From Neoechinorhynchus agilis (lineage: Eukaryota; Animalia; Acanthocephala): DNA of 64,000 nucleotides. The position numbers and the translations under genes are program-made. This document shows, one piece after another, positions 1 to 11,015 of the stretch. The notes beneath the pieces were generated by a model. That model worked only from the letters and a program-made list of their open reading frames with translations, did no database searches and was not told the origin of the DNA. Position 1 is the first letter of the stretch. Each line of letters opens with the position of its first letter. Location of the stretch: contig CM121341.1 of NCBI GenBank assembly GCA_051530055.1, positions 1,674,001-1,738,000 of the forward strand, in the 5' to 3' direction.

Positions 1-81
1 CGTCTTAAGAACACGGGCAAGTTCCCAACACCAGCGGATATAAAGAAGATTGCTGATGCTGTAAAAATGTCGTCAGAGTAA
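1..81 (+). CDS. 3' end of a CDS truncated by the window edge, weakly Rdx/SelT/SelW-like C-terminus
   Basis: Frame 1 reads RLKNTGKFPTPADIKKIADAVKMSSE*. It resembles the S-x-L-x-x-G-x-F-P motif near the C-terminus of Rdx-family proteins, but is too short to be sure. Confidence 0.25.
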   Translation, partial: RLKNTGKFPTPADIKKIADAVKMSSE

Positions 82-607
82 AGTCGAGTTTTTAGGCTAA
101 ATGAAGGAATTGAGTGAAACGATTAGCTCAAAACCAGAACGCTTAAAATCTTCTTTAAATAAAAAATGTGTATATTCAGCAGATTAATACAACGGGTTTT
201 ATAAGTAATTTTTGTATAATAAATGGAATTTTTAGGTTTAAAAAGTAAAGATGTGTTCGCGGCGACGGTAAATACAACACCTTTTTAAAACTACAGCAAC
301 AAACGCAGTGCTCTTCAGGGATCGATACGCAACGATAATAAATATTTTGGTCGAGTCAAATCTCAGCCAAAAAAGTGAGAAGTATTTTGTCGTTTCTTCG
401 TTTCGTTATTTTCAAAGTATAAACAAAGCGATAGGAATATATTCTGCACGTTAAAAAATATAAATAAACCAAATAAACAGCAATTATTGATCACTATTTT
501 ATCGAACTCCATTTCCTTGGATGCTCCTCCATTTCCTCATCATTCGCCCAGCATGTTCTCTCCCCTGAAAAGCGATCGATCTATCGACCAGGAATACTTT
601 TGGATTC

Positions 608-1180
608 TCAGGCGACTTTCTCTTTTTCGTCAACGAGTCTCGGATTCTTCGTTTGTTTCTCCATTTCGGATTCCTCGAAATGAATTCTGGCCCGCTTTCG
701 TCCAGCGAGACACGACAGTTGACGGCGACAATCATTAGACAATCCCTGCCTTTTGTCTCTGATCCGACAATAAAGTTCAAAAATATCAACTTTTTCGTGT
801 TTAGAGCTTTCGGCGTCAATTTGGAATTTCCGATTCAACATAGCCCGTCTCTTTTCGTCCCTTACAACTTTCCTACTTGGCCTTCTTTTTGGTTTAAGTT
901 TCGATGCTTCTTCAGCCTTGCATTTCTTAATTTTCTCGTTCATGAAGTCCGGAAACCAGAAGTAGTACTTTCCAAATTCAGAGCAACTTAAGCGTTTAAC
1001 AATTGATTCAATATTACATTTTCTTATCTCATCGAAATCCATTGGCCTTGATAAAAGTTCACTCAAATTCTGGTTGATTGACGGATGATATCGAATGGAG
1101 CGTCCGTCTCCCAGGCACTCGTTCAGCTCATCGCAGATCTGTTGAATAGTCTTCAGTTCAACCGGCATTCGTTTTACCAT
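608..1180 (-). CDS. 190-aa protein with a TFIIS N-terminal-like (TND) helical motif and a basic C-terminal half
   Basis: Open frame. LSELLSRPMDFDEIRKCNIESIVKRL resembles the TND pattern L-x-x-L-x-x-x-P-M-T-x-x-x-L-x-x-T-x-I-G-x-x-V-x-x-L. A KPKRRPSRK basic tract follows. Confidence 0.4.
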   Translation of the reverse strand: MVKRMPVELKTIQQICDELNECLGDGRSIRYHPSINQNLSELLSRPMDFDEIRKCNIESIVKRLSCSEFGKYYFWFPDFMNEKIKKCKAEEASKLKPKRRPSRKVVRDEKRRAMLNRKFQIDAESSKHEKVDIFELYCRIRDKRQGLSNDCRRQLSCLAGRKRARIHFEESEMEKQTKNPRLVDEKEKVA

Positions 1181-2189
1181 TATTTCAATAAAGAGGTGAT
1201 CGAAATATGAGCTTTTAGATTGAGCTGTGATGTTAAGCTCTCGAACGAACGTTGATTAGACCGTGAATTGCAATGCTTTTTATGAAACAACAAGTTTTTG
1301 TAACGGTAAACAACGCGGAAAATGGAAGATGTGGAATTTTATATGCGAATTAGAAGACAAATGTACAATGGATAGTTTAGTATCGTTGGTATACTTTAAA
1401 TTCGGTGTCGACCTTAACTGAAGTTTATATTCATTTGTACGATTGTGTTAATGAATTAAAGTTCCCAAGAATTAAAATTAAGCAATAATGATTTAATAGA
1501 CTTTATTTTATTGTCTCTAAAGTTTGTAATAGCTGAAGGAAAAATGTCCTTAAAATTAGAAATGCCGATATGTCAGATAGCGGCGAATGTGATTGGAATT
1601 ATAACGTCTTTAATTAATAATCATTTACCGGGTGTAGTAGACCTAAGCAATAATTCCTAAATTATCAACCTTTAATCGATATTTTCTATGGAAAAAAGTA
1701 ACAATCACGTTTATTATGACGACAATCTGTGGATACCAACGAATAAACGAAATATGGCGCTTCTTGGGTGCATTTTAGATAGACTGAAGAAGACCTACGC
1801 GAAGGCGGAAAATTATCGAATAAAAATAAATCAATTATTTGATAATTGGTTATAAAAAAGTATTATGAAGAGTTTGTTCCCTTCGTGCTTTTCGTTTCTT
1901 TAAGTAGCATCACGCTTTTCGTTAAAGCTTTACCGAGAAATTCGAAGGGATTTTGGTTGAAAAAATTCTATTTGTAAAAATGAGTTTCGCTTGAAATAGT
2001 TCGAAATACGGCTTAATATTGAAGATAAATCATGATAGGAATTCAGAAGTTATGTTTCCGATTAAAAGTGATATTTGATTGAGCGCAATATATTAAGAAC
2101 TGAAGAGATAAATAATCTGTTCAAATCCATGTAATTTTGTGGATGCATTTAAAATAGATATAAAGAATTTAATGATATCGATTTATATT

Positions 2190-4380
2190 TTTAACAACTC
2201 AAACATACTGTTTGAAGCACACTCGCCACCTCCCGCCAAATTCTAGCTTTTGTCCTTCCTCGACCGTCGCCATCACGCTGGCAGCATTGCCCAGTTGTAC
2301 TGTCAGCGAGATATTTTGTCGAAGGAATACGCCTGCTCTTGAGTCTCCGGTTGCCTCTCTCAATTTCTTCGAGAGATCCTGGAGCAGAGAGAGTGTCGAC
2401 GTGCCGAGCACTCCATACGTCTCTACCCCAAAGGGGACAAAATAGTGAGCCCTCGATAACTGAATATATTTCCGTATTTTCCTCCCTTCCGCTGCACTGG
2501 CGGAACCACCGGCGATTTCGAGGGAGTAGCGGATGTTGCTGGCTGCGAGGGACGTGGCGTCCCAGAGAAGGCATTTGCCCTCCCGCCACGGGAAGACCGA
2601 AATTCCATCGGGCCTACGGCCGTCTAGTCGACAAAGATGGGCGGGTTCCAGGATGTTCGGGAAGTTCGCCGTTCTTAACGCCCGAGAAATTGCGTTATTG
2701 ATTTCAGAATGACGTGAGAACCTTCCTGCTGACCTTCTGCAAACGAGACCTTGTCGCCCGAAAGCATCAACCAAAGACCCACATCGACAGCCATGGGGCG
2801 TGCATATCGGGAGACCAAGTCTTAAGGATACTGCGATCCTCGTTACCTCGTCAGTAAGAAGAGTTCCCACTGATGCCAACGCCCCAGTCTAGCTCGGACG
2901 ACCCGATCGCTAGAACCTGAAAGTAGAGAGCTTTGAGCTCTCGCGACAAGAGGTCCGTCCCAACTCGACTGTCTGAGGCTTTTCACGGGAACATGGTTAG
3001 CGCATGTCTGCTGGCACCATTCCTCAACCGCCACCACGAAACCCCGGTCAAGACAGACTTTTCCTTCAAAATTTTCTTCGATACTGGTAGGCTCCCCTCA
3101 AACGATCCAAGAAAGGCCGGCAAAGCAAGTTCCACTTGTGCCCGAATCCCCAATCCCACAGATGACACAGGCAAAGAAGCTTGTCGCCACGCCTCATCTG
3201 AGAGCTGGACATTTAAAATACGCTCGAGGCATGCCCTCACCTTATCGTCCAGCTTTGCCAATCCTTTTTTGTGTTTGAAAAATGTTGCTGTGCGAACCTT
3301 GTACAATAATTTGGGGATGAAGAGCGCGTTCTTTATGAAAAACAAGGCTTCATGAGCCGAGAGAGCGCACACCCTATCGCACAGCAACGAAAGTTTCGGT
3401 ATGATATGGCCGATCTCATCTTCCACATTTGAATCGAAGACGCAATTGCCCAGGAGGCTGAGTTGTTCCCGAGTCACGAGTTTCAGGCCTGGAGCTACGG
3501 CCTCGAACCCAGCCATTAGTTCTTTGACTTTGGCGGCGTCTCCAATATTCAGTACAACGAGCTCACAATTTCCAGCATCGAGCTCAATGTCCATCTTCGA
3601 GGTCTCGCTAATCAGCGTCTCCAAATCGCGCAGTACAATGGAGGGATCACTTCCGAGCGTAGCGTCATCCAAGTACCAAGCGTTGAAGCTGGAATGGAGA
3701 GAATGCGCTATTGGATTTACCGTTAGGGAGAATGCGATTGGACCGAGGGGATCTCCTTGCTGCACTCCTCTTTCGGACCAAATGAGGTGGTATTCGAAAA
3801 GCAAAGGAGTCGCCGTCCCGTAGGCATTGAGAAAATACTGGAAGGCTTCTGGTCCGTGATCCCCAATTGCGCAGAACATGCTTTCTCTATTGAGAGAGTT
3901 AAAGACGTTCCGAAAATCGCACTAATGAATCACGCAAGGCTCTGAGCTTCTCGTAGCAAAGTTTCGGAGCGAGTGGACAATAGCTTCCGCCCCGCAGGAT
4001 GCGCAGCAGCCCAGTTGGACTGGACGAAGTTGCTGTCCGGTTTTCTCTGTAATACGTTTGCAGAGAATTTTTCCTGCGAGTCGGCGTATCGTCGAAGATA
4101 CGGCGATGGGACGGATCCCACCTTCTTTTTTTGTGAGTGCACACAATGAGGCTCCGAAAAATAGGTCCTTTGCAACGGGGTTCAGGTCCTCTCCAGTCAG
4201 GCGGTCGACTATTCGAGAAAGCGCGCTTTCTAGAGAGAGCTGCTTCAAAAGTTGAAAAGGACATCATGCCCTTTAGGTGCTGAGGCCTTAGTCCGTCAAG
4301 CCCGTGACCCGAACCATTTGCAAAAGTTGAGATGGCCTTTTTTATCTCTGAAATTTTAGTGGGCGTCCTGTCTTGTATAC
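2190..4380 (-). mobile_element. CRE-clade non-LTR retrotransposon, 5'-truncated (RT plus restriction-like endonuclease), frameshifted
   Basis: RT motifs GIRPIAV, GVQQGDPLGPIAF and AWYLDD (ORFs 3922-4248, 2983-3879). RLE motifs RHSEIN, EP, RPDG, WDAT and FVPFGVETYG (ORF 2199-2879). Confidence 0.9.
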
Positions 4381-5904
4381 ATGAAGCGTCAAAAGTAGAT
4401 ATAGAAAGGTTAATTTGATCTTAAATTTATTGATGTTTTAATATCTTTAATCAACGCAGTTGGTCTCAAAATGTAACAACGGTTAACTCTAGAACCATAA
4501 TAACTATTGCAAATCTGAAAACATATTTGGAATCAGCGCGTTAAGATGTACCAAACTAACTGATTCAGTACACAACAGCTGTAATATTCGCATCGAAAAT
4601 CGCATTATCATATTTTACCAATAATCACAAACGTGAACGATCACAAAATTTGCAGGATTCATTAAATATATATAACACCATTGAAATCAGCGTATTAGAT
4701 ATGCTCAAAATGCTTTATCATTTCGTAACAACTTTCGAGCACCACAGATTTAAATCAGGTGTCTTTTATGAACCTCAATCCTTAAACTAAGTGTCCAAAT
4801 TTAACAAGCCGCATCAAACCGTTATTGCAGGTGGATTTAGCGTCAAAAGTAGATCTAGAAAGGTTAATATCAATAGTCAAGGTAGTTGGTCTCAAAATGT
4901 TACAACGAATAACTCAAGAACCATGATAGCTATTGAAAATCTGAATACAGATTTGGAATCAGCGCGTTAAGATGCACTAAATTTACTGATTCCCTACACT
5001 ACAGCTGTATTATTCGCATCGGAAATCGCATTATCATATTTTGCCAATTTTCACAAACGTGAAAGATCACCAAACTTGCAAGATTCATTAAATATATATA
5101 ACACCATTGAAATCAGTGCATTAGATATGCTCAAAATGCTTTATCATTTCGTAACAACTTTCGAGCACCGCAGATTTAATTTTCGAATAAAACACTTTAA
5201 CAATGACCAAAAGCCTGAAGAGGGAGACTTTGCTCTCCGAAAATTTGCATAATAAAAAACATCTGGGTGTCCGCACAAAACAAATCTCGTTTCACCCAAC
5301 AGTAATAATGAAATTCACAAGAGTGAGAGATCACTAAATTTGCAAGATTCATTAAATATAGATAACACCATTGAAATCAGCGCATTAGATATGCTCAAAA
5401 TGGTTTAATATTTCGTAACAACTTTCGAGCACCACAGATTTAGTTCAGGTGTCTTTTATGAACTTCAATCCAAAAACTAAGTGTCAAAATTTAACAAGCC
5501 GCATCAAAGCGTTATTGCAGGTATATTCTACGTCAAAAGTAGATCTAGAAAACTTAATTTGATCTTAAATTTATTGATGTTCTAATATCAATAATCAAGG
5601 TAGTTGGTCTCAAAATGTAGCAACGAATAACTCAAGAACCATTATAGCTATTGCAAATCTGAATACAGATTTGGAATCTGCGCGTTAAGATGTACTAAAG
5701 TAACTGATTCCGTACACTACAGCTGTAATATTCGCATCGGAAATCGCATTATCATATTTGGTCAATATTCACAAGAGTGAAAGATCACTAAATTTGCAAG
5801 ATCCATTAAATATAGATAACACCATTGAAATCAGCGCATTAGATATGCTCAAAATGCTTTATCATTTCGTAACAACTTTCGAGCACCACAGATTTATTTC
5901 AGGT
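4381..5904 (+). repeat. Satellite with about 450-bp unit, roughly 3 imperfect units, interrupted by a ~135-bp unrelated insert at about 5180-5320
   Basis: GTTGGTCTCAAAATGT recurs at 4459, 4885 and 5603, and CACCATTGAAATCAGCG...GCTCAAAATG recurs in each unit. The same family occurs at 27939-28665 and 49321-50590. Confidence 0.9.
5213..5248 (+). ncRNA. Penelope-type minimal hammerhead ribozyme motif within the satellite insert
   Basis: GC-CTGAAGA-G-GGAGA(CTTTGC)TCTCC-GAAA-AT-T-T-GC. The core is intact, stem II has 5 bp and stem III is the palindrome AATT, but stem I has only 2 bp. Confidence 0.55.
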
Positions 5905-7100
5905 CAGAGAATTTTTCCTGCGAGTCGGCGTATCGTCGAAGATACGGCGATGGGACGGATCCCACCTTCTTTTTTGTGAGGGCACATAACGATGCTCCAA
6001 AAAATAGGTCTTTTGCAACGGATTCAAATTCTCTCCAGTCAGGCGGTTGACTACCCGAGAAAGCGCACTTTCTAGAGAGCTACTTCACCAGTTGAAAAGG
6101 ACATCATGTCTTTTAGATGCTGATGCCTTAGTCCGTCAAGCCCGTGACCCGAACCATTTGCAAAAGATGAGATGGCCTTTTGTAACTCTGAAATTTGAGT
6201 GGGTGTCCTCTCTTGTATGGGAGGAGATGGAATTTCAAAACTTCCGCTACTACATGGGTGCTTCGACCGGAGTATTTGTAGTGCCACGTTGTCTCCTTTT
6301 GCGAAACTGTCGGAGGATGACAATGACCGAACAGCCCCCGAACATCTCCGTCCGCAAGCTTCGAAGAGACACGTTCAGTCAGTGATCGCTTTGAAAAACG
6401 GCAGCGAAACTCTTCCTTCGTGCGTCCCTTACGAACATCGCGGAGATTCCTTTCAAAATCGTTAAATATTTGTTCAAAGGAGGCTAACCTTTCCTTGATT
6501 GTTGATGTCAAAGACACACCAGAATCACCGCTGGTGCAGAGGACTAAGCGCGGGAAAGCGAAGAGCCGTGTCCATGATGGCCCACAGTTCGTTTGAAGGC
6601 AATCGTTGAGCAATCCCGTAAATGCTTTGGCGACCAGATATCGCGCGCCTTTAGGGATCCGTTTCAGGACGTTCCTGGGCAGAAACCGCACGATATCCGG
6701 TATCGAAATAGAATCAGTGGTGATCTGAGGGGTCTCAGGCACGAAAGGTTCGGTTAATTGTGGTGGAGAACCGGACCCACTATGGCGGAGATTCCGGGGA
6801 CCATGGACAAACAAAACCCCCAGATTGGTTAATTTAAAAGACTTACCGCAAACCGGACACAAACCAGTAGAGACGCGTGGGAGCCCGGCAGCGTTGGTCT
6901 TCTCAGGTGGATCATGATCGATGAGTGGCGCGTTCAAATTATCTGCGTCACATTGCGACGTAATTTGGAATTTCGGCAAAACCTATCCGATGCTGAGATC
7001 GTCCTGAGCCTTCTTGGAGGTATAGGACTGGGAGGTGAATCTGATCCGTCGCTATATCCATCGTCTGATTTCCTCATATTCGTTCCGTCAATTTCCATTG
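5905..7100 (-). mobile_element. 5' part of a CRE-clade element (zinc-finger region to start of RT), 3'-truncated at the satellite
   Basis: ORF 6128-6979 contains CPVCGKSF...HGPRN, RIPKGAR and WTRLFAFP. RT-entry motifs GLDGLRHQHLKDM lie in 6072-6323. A probable ATG is at 7098, followed by a frameshift. 5905-6218 duplicates 4061-4378. Confidence 0.85.
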
Positions 7101-8111
7101 TTTCGCAGGGTAATACTGAAATGTTGTGTTAAAGTGTTAACAGAATTTAGATTAAAAGTCGTAAGTCTTTAGGGAAAAATGATAATTTCATTTCCTTATA
7201 CCTATTTCCGATAATACAAATAATACTTTTTTTCATAGGAATCTTCATTTTCTTTGGAATAGTACGGCTTCCTGATCAACGAAAACATTTTGTCCGCTAT
7301 TTCTTAAATGAAAACCTGACATTTATTTCCCTCCGGAATGAAAGGTTTGTTAATTTCTTGTTGATTATGAATAATGTTAAGCTAAATAATATTTTGCAGA
7401 GAGCTGAGTAACACAGCAAAATATACGAATTCAACTAATAAGGCTACTAATTTTAGAACGATCACTATCGATTGATAGACCAATTATCATCGATGGTGTC
7501 AAACAATATTGGATATCTCGGATAATAGTAGGAATGGACGATAAGGAGAGGCGAATAAGCTTTGTTATATATTTTTCATTTTATATCCCAATTTTAATAT
7601 ATCCCCCAAAATGGCTTTTTTCTAGCAGAATTCACTATATGGAGGTGGAAATCCTCACTTTTACGCTTACTGCTCTTACATTTTCTCTAATCACCAATGA
7701 GGCGGAATGATAATGAAGTGAATAAAACTTTTAAACTTTAAATAGAGAAAAATGGAATACGAATGACGACAGTTGCAGAATTCAGCGAAAAGGAGGAATC
7801 TGTGAGTGTCAGAGATTTGAAGCTCCGTGGAACGTAAAATATCATTAAGACTGTTATGATGACTTTCATTGATCAAAAGTAACTACGGCCTTAAGTAATT
7901 GTTGATCATTCAATGAATGTCACATTTTTTGTTTATTGTGCAATCAATCCAATAAAAGCTTTTTATATTCGTCATGATAACATTCGGGTGAAAAGTAATC
8001 CTCTTGTGGCGATTCACACCCCACGAATCAGTTTTATTTTGTAATATTTCGTGGGCCAAACCCACCTTTTCAGACATTGTCATCTGAAAAACCGAAACAT
8101 AGAACGCATTA

Positions 8112-8201
8112 GCCTATTTCCGAATGCTCTGCATGGCTCGGGATCGCGGGGTTGCCATTCCCGTGGATAGGGGCGTTAAATGCCGCACGAACCCCTGCGA
8201 T
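8112..8201 (+). ncRNA. Possible decayed HDV-like ribozyme fold
   Basis: P1 CCTAT/ATAGG; J1/2 hairpin CCGA-ATGC/GCAT-TCGG; P2 ATCGC-GGGGTT/AACCCC-T-GCGAT; P3 CCA/TGG around loop TTCCCG. G1 lacks a Y partner and J4/2 is non-canonical. Confidence 0.3.
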
Positions 8202-8234
8202 TGGGTATCCGGCGTTCAACCTTACGTTGATATC

Positions 8235-9861
8235 CTTGACGGGCTCAACCGACGAGAGAAAAAGTTATGGATTTGGTGAGCGCTCCACCTCCACGAAACG
8301 TAAAGGATTTGAAAAGCTTTCTAGGAATGATTAATTTTCAGGAAAGGTACATCCCTAACTTGCACTCCATATGTGCGCCGCTGCATACTTTAACTCGAAA
8401 GGGTATAAGATATAGATGGGATATTGAGCAGCGGGAGGCATTTGAATTGGCGAAGAAAGTATTGTCAAAAGCGGAGAATATTGTTCTGTTCAATTCGCGA
8501 AGACGTACCATCGCAAGCTGCGATGAGTGTGAAACAGGACTTGGTGCTGTTCTGACGCAGGAAGATGAGAAAGGGACACGATGGCCTGTTTGTTGTGCTT
8601 CGAGAGTTTTGAGCAAAGCTTAGAACTATGCGACAATAGATAAAGAGGCACTAGCCGTTATTTTCGCACTAAAAAGGTTCCACATGTATCTATTCGGCAC
8701 ACAATTCCGATTGGAAACCGATCATAAACCACTTGAATACATTTTTGGTAACAAACGAGAGTTATCTAAGATAACGAGTCAGAGGCTAGTACGATGGGCT
8801 ACGATATTGAGTCAGTATGATTATACGATTCAAGCGATCAAAGGGGTAAATAATGTGATTGCCAATTGTTTATCGAGACTGACCGCAAAAGATGGTGCCG
8901 AAAAAATTAGCGAGGAGCGATAATGAAATGGATATGATAAAGGAAATAAAGATCGATAGAATCGAGTTATCCGAAACAGTAATTCGAGAGGAAACGAGCA
9001 AAGAGCATCAGTTAAAGCGGATCAGGCGATATATTCGATACGGCTGGCCTAAATTAGTGAAATCTGAAAATACAACCATGTTCAGGAGAAGAGAGGAGCT
9101 AAGCGATTCTGAATGTATCCTAATGTTACTAGACCGAATGGTCATACTGGCAAAGTTAAGACAAAAAAGTCCTGAATATACTTCACGAAGGTCATCCAGG
9201 TCGAGACGCAATGGTAGCGTTGGCAAGACATTATGTATACTAGTCAGATGACAGGTAGACGACTACGAACGATGCTCGACAATGTTAAACCGTCTATGCA
9301 AGGTCGAATGGAAGATCGAAACAAGAAACAAGAACAAGATTCGTGGGAGGATAGGAGAATGCGGGTTTTCGGAGAAAGTGAACTGATGTGGTACAAGAGA
9401 AATAATGAAGATAATTGGATAATGGGAAGGATAAAGAAAATGAATAGCCCAGTGTCTTATACAATAACGGGAGACCACGGAGGAGAGCGACAATGTCATG
9501 GTGACTATATCCGAAAACAATAAATCTCGATGAGCAAGGAGAAGCAAGAACCAGATAAGTGCGACAAGACTCGAGAAATCGATAAATCCAAGGTCAAAGA
9601 AGAACCAAGGAATATAAGCGAGGAACAAAGCGAACCGAAACCAACGGAATTGAGACGCGGGACACGAATACGAAGACAAACCATCAGACCTTATGATGAG
9701 TACTTGGGTCGCAGAGGGGAAGGAGATGTGGTAGGACGTCAGCGATACGCACAGTACGATCGATAGTGTGTAGTGCATGTACGTTTGAACATTGTGGTTT
9801 GAATAAAATATAGAGTTAGTAGAAGCATGCCGGCATCACTTACTTATGACCCATAATGACA
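8235..9861 (+). mobile_element. Ty3/Gypsy pol remnant (RT C-terminus, RNase H, partial integrase region) with PPT and 3' LTR
   Basis: PPPRNVKDLKSFLGMINF, ASCDECETGLGAVL, FRLETDHKPL and IANCLSRL, ending in RRGTRIRRQTIRP. PPT AGAGGGGAAGGAGA at 9713-9726, then TG at 9727 and AATAAA near 9802. The LTR right end is approximate. Confidence 0.85.
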
Positions 9862-11015
9862 TCGAACCGGATCTTGAGGTAAATATCTCCTTAGCAAAAT
9901 TCCAATTGTCAGATTTACGACGAATCCCCCTAAGAATATGTGGTACCGATTTATTGCAAGTGGATAATTAATGTGCAGCACAAAAGACCTTTGATTTGCG
10001 TTTTTATTTTAATCTTTGGCGCTGTCATGTATACTGAGACATCTGTCGTATAGTTCTCACCCAATAAATTGTTGAAAAAGTTGGAAAGATACAACAAAAC
10101 AGAGCGTTACTTCGTCAATTTCTATCGAAAGACAGATTAGAATCCGAATTTAACATTGAACAAAGTAGCCATAAAGAAAACGGCAAGAACGCGGCACGCA
10201 AATCTTTTGGCCATCTCACGAACATGTAAGACGCTTTGAAACAGTACTCTACTAATTTTGGTTTTACCATCCAATGTGGCAGATAAGATGCTAGAGATTG
10301 AGACTAAAACCACAGAGCAAAAAAGCAATGGAACATACAAAGATAGAGCAGTGTGCAAAATGTTTTGTGGAGACGCTGATAATGAACATAAAAACCCATT
10401 GGTTCAAGCTGACCTCGAACACGATTCAGTGAGTGAAAGGAGAGTGCTGGAGGGTGGCTACTGTTCGGCCTTTTAAGCTAACAGCGATATCTACAAAGAG
10501 AAATGCAGAAAATTCCATAATTAAGTTCCCTCGTTTTCCTGACAAGGCGGTGACCATAAGAAGTTACGATTCTTGATCTAGTATTTTAATATTTTATATT
10601 TTTTCTAAAATAGTCACGGCATATCATGAAGTTGAATTGATGACAACATGCTATCGTAACTTCTTCGGCATATACCCAATTTACCAATCGTCAATGAAAC
10701 CTAATCGCGTCGACAACGCAGTTTCGGGAAATCACAAATAATTCCGAACCCTGAAAAAAATTCGTTAAAAACTGCAATCATTTCACTTTTTCGAAATGAA
10801 ATTTATAGGAACCACGTAAGTCGAATTTCCTCATGCTTTGAAGGGGCACATAAAATGCTTTTATACTCATTTCCCTCAAAGTCGTATAAAAACATCACTA
10901 CGATCAAAAGGGCGAATTGAGATTCCAAGTTTAAAGAATACTCCGATCCGAAGACTCACATCACTGAAACGAGTTTACATTTTTCGCTTTTAATCAGGGA
11001 GGTTATGTTGCAGTC

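Noticed and set aside
893-915. CTGAAGAAGCATCGAAAC hammerhead-like string on the minus strand
   Set aside because: Lies within ORF 608-1180 (KAEEASK). There is no palindromic stem III or stem I.
1780-1820. CTGAAGAAGACC...GGCGGAAAATTA possible decayed hammerhead
   Set aside because: Stems I and II both need mismatches or bulges, so it is not distinguishable from chance.
2212-4267. Opposite-strand and alternate-frame ORFs over transposons and duplicated genes (for example 2933-3355, 3401-3823, 13563-13934, 38749-39099, 51152-51706)
   Set aside because: Shadow ORFs of recognisable coding sequence, with no motifs of their own.
5700-5745. Hammerhead in the 450-bp satellite unit (CTGATTCCG...CGGAAATCG)
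   Set aside because: Lacks the CUGANGA core. It is only an imperfect hairpin.
8161-8215. Resemblance to pistol ribozyme (CGTGG-ATAGGG...TTAAAT...CCCCT-GCG)
   Set aside because: No P1 3' strand, no P3 and no G-U cleavage site.
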